This document shows, one piece after another, positions 62,256 to 64,000 of a stretch of DNA of 64,000 bases. The notes beneath the pieces were generated by a model, which worked only from the letters and a program-made list of their open reading frames with translations, was not told the DNA's origin and searched no databases. The DNA comes from Dendrobates tinctorius (lineage: Eukaryota), in contig NW_027361695.1 in assembly GCF_039654945.1 (NCBI RefSeq), positions 17,422,001 through 17,486,000 on the forward strand, read 5' to 3'. Numbering within the stretch: position 1 is the first letter of the stretch; each line of letters starts with the position of its first letter. Made by a program: the position numbers and the translations under genes.

Positions 62256-63559
62256 TAGGTCGCCTTCCCAGGGCCGTGGGGTACTCGGTACCGGGCCGGT
62301 CTCAGCGGGATGTGTCACAGCAGCGGTGACCCAGTCCGTGGCCCTGGGCGCCCAATTCATAAGGGAAGTTTGAATGGTGGAATGTAGTGGATTAAATGAT
62401 GGTTCGTGACGCCAACTGTGGTCGGCAAGTGAGATGTTAAGCCGACGCTGCTTGCAGATCCTCTGGGACTGGTGGCGTGGTGCAGCCAAGATGGTGAAGC
62501 TCCCCACAGGTGGAGCTGTAGTCCCAGGGCAGTGTAGATGTAGGGGTAGAGGAGAGGCACAGGCGGTGTAGAAGTTGGTACCCCGATGTAGTGGTACAGT
62601 GTGTTAGCGCAGGAGTAATTGGAGGACACCAGGGCATGTAGTTCCAAAGCTTTACTCACAGTCTGTAGTACACACAGGTGCCTGCCTCCATGCTGTGTCC
62701 TCCGGGCCGGGGACCCAGTCAACCTCCAGGTCAGATGGAATGCTCCCTTCCAACACTCTGCCAACATGTGCCTTTCTGAACGTCTCCTCTTATAGCGCCT
62801 TTGGTGTGAAGTACTCCTAGTACTGAGTTACACTGGAGTTCCTCCTCACAGATGTTCCCAAGAACCATACTTGAACGGCAGACAGCTGTAGCCTGCTTCG
62901 GGGACTCCTTACTCCTGAGTCCCGGCTCACTATCCAAGTTGCTGTTGTGCCCCCAAGTCTTAGATGGGAGTAGTGCATTTACAGCTCACTACTCCACTGG
63001 TGTCTGTTGCAGGACCATTAGTATCCATACAACCTCGGGGACCGGGCCCCGGCCTTGCGCTTAGAACTTCCAGGCAGGGTTCTCTCCTAACCCACGTCCT
63101 CTGTTCCCTTTTACTCCTTCGTTCCATACTAGTCTTTCCTTCTTATGGAAGATCAGGTTTCTGTTCAATATCTTTCTCCTTCTTTCCTTTCCCGTGCCAG
63201 CAGACCCAGGTCACTGAGGTCTGCTGCAGCACCTCCTTCCTCCATCCCTCTCCCAGGGATCTTCTCTCCTCACTCTGAACCACTGACTGACCCCAAATCC
63301 TAAACCTTCCCACTCTTTTATGTATTCTAACTCCACCCGCCTCCCAGCACGTTTCGGGTTCCAAGCAGGGAGCCACCCAAGGTGCTCTGCTACACTCCAA
63401 GCAGGGAGCCGCAATGTGGCTTTGCTGAACTACTGTGTTGTGTGGGATGCAGGTGCTGGAGCGTGTTCAGGAGCCTCCAACCTACCTGGATGGTGGGGTA
63501 CCACACCTCAGGAGGAGGTGCAGTACCTCTGTGGCAACTGAATCCTCAGGGGTGCCACA
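62256..63559 (-). mobile_element. Solo LTR, inverted homologue of 10138-11462
   Basis: Colinear reverse-complement match along the whole length; TSD ctat/ttat. Confidence 0.85.
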
Positions 63560-64000
63560 TTATACCGGAAAGTACACCGTGATGTGGGCGCTAGCAAGCA
63601 CAAGTGGGTCCATGTTTAGTGGCTCCTGGGCCAAAGGAAAGGGGTTGGTGGGTGGAGAACAAACGTTTCGCGGATCAGTGGCTCCTGTGCTCAGCGGATT
63701 CTGCTGCATTCAGCTCATACATCCAAGAGCTGGGTAAAAAGGGTGGAGAAGGAGGCCATGTCATCGAGTTTCACTATGGTGTGCCCTACAGAGCTCCTGC
63801 TAAACTGAATTGCTCCTTGACTAAGTCGGTCAACAAGGCAACAAGCAAGGTGACGTCCATGTTGGTTTGTCCTGGGTGTTTTCTGTATTTGAAATAGCTG
63901 ATGACTTTGCGTTACATCGTATTATTCCTAATTTCACTAAGTCATTTTGGTGGATGGATATTATATATATACTGTAGATTGCAATCATTGTCCTGGAACA

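Overview
Vertebrate nuclear DNA, most likely from a frog (inferred from the repeat families). The window is almost entirely intronic. Two short + strand exons (23239-23300 and 52277-52380) splice in frame to PVNQGSHYQAEMNPLAQSNPR|DWLNVFSPPIIPTSQNQNADPLLKLKESRLSCNE(G), which I recognise from memory as the near-C-terminal part of CFAP20DC (C3orf67). I found neither the preceding exon nor the terminal exon in the window. The introns are packed with transposons: an apparently intact L2 LINE (APE+RT ORF of 1108 codons with an N-terminal 2A-like motif), tRNA-derived SINEs sharing its 3' tail, several solo LTRs with TSDs, a chromovirus (Gypsy) remnant, Tc1 and RTE remnants, many palindromic MITEs (TTAA, TWA and 8-bp TSD classes), minisatellites and a 137-nt N gap. 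Highlights: (1) a young Penelope-derived 140-bp near-perfect fold-back carrying a minimal type I hammerhead ribozyme on the host-gene sense strand, plus an older degenerate relative; (2) the 2A-like recoding motif in the intact L2; (3) an inverted LTR pair that brackets both host exons (circRNA candidate); (4) a chain of antisense exon-like segments ending in a poly(A) signal; (5) a Tc1 element sitting exactly between two copies of a ~270-bp duplication; (6) a MITE inserted head-on into a copy of itself. Most of the short ORFs in the supplied track are spurious. All comparisons were made by eye; no searches were run.
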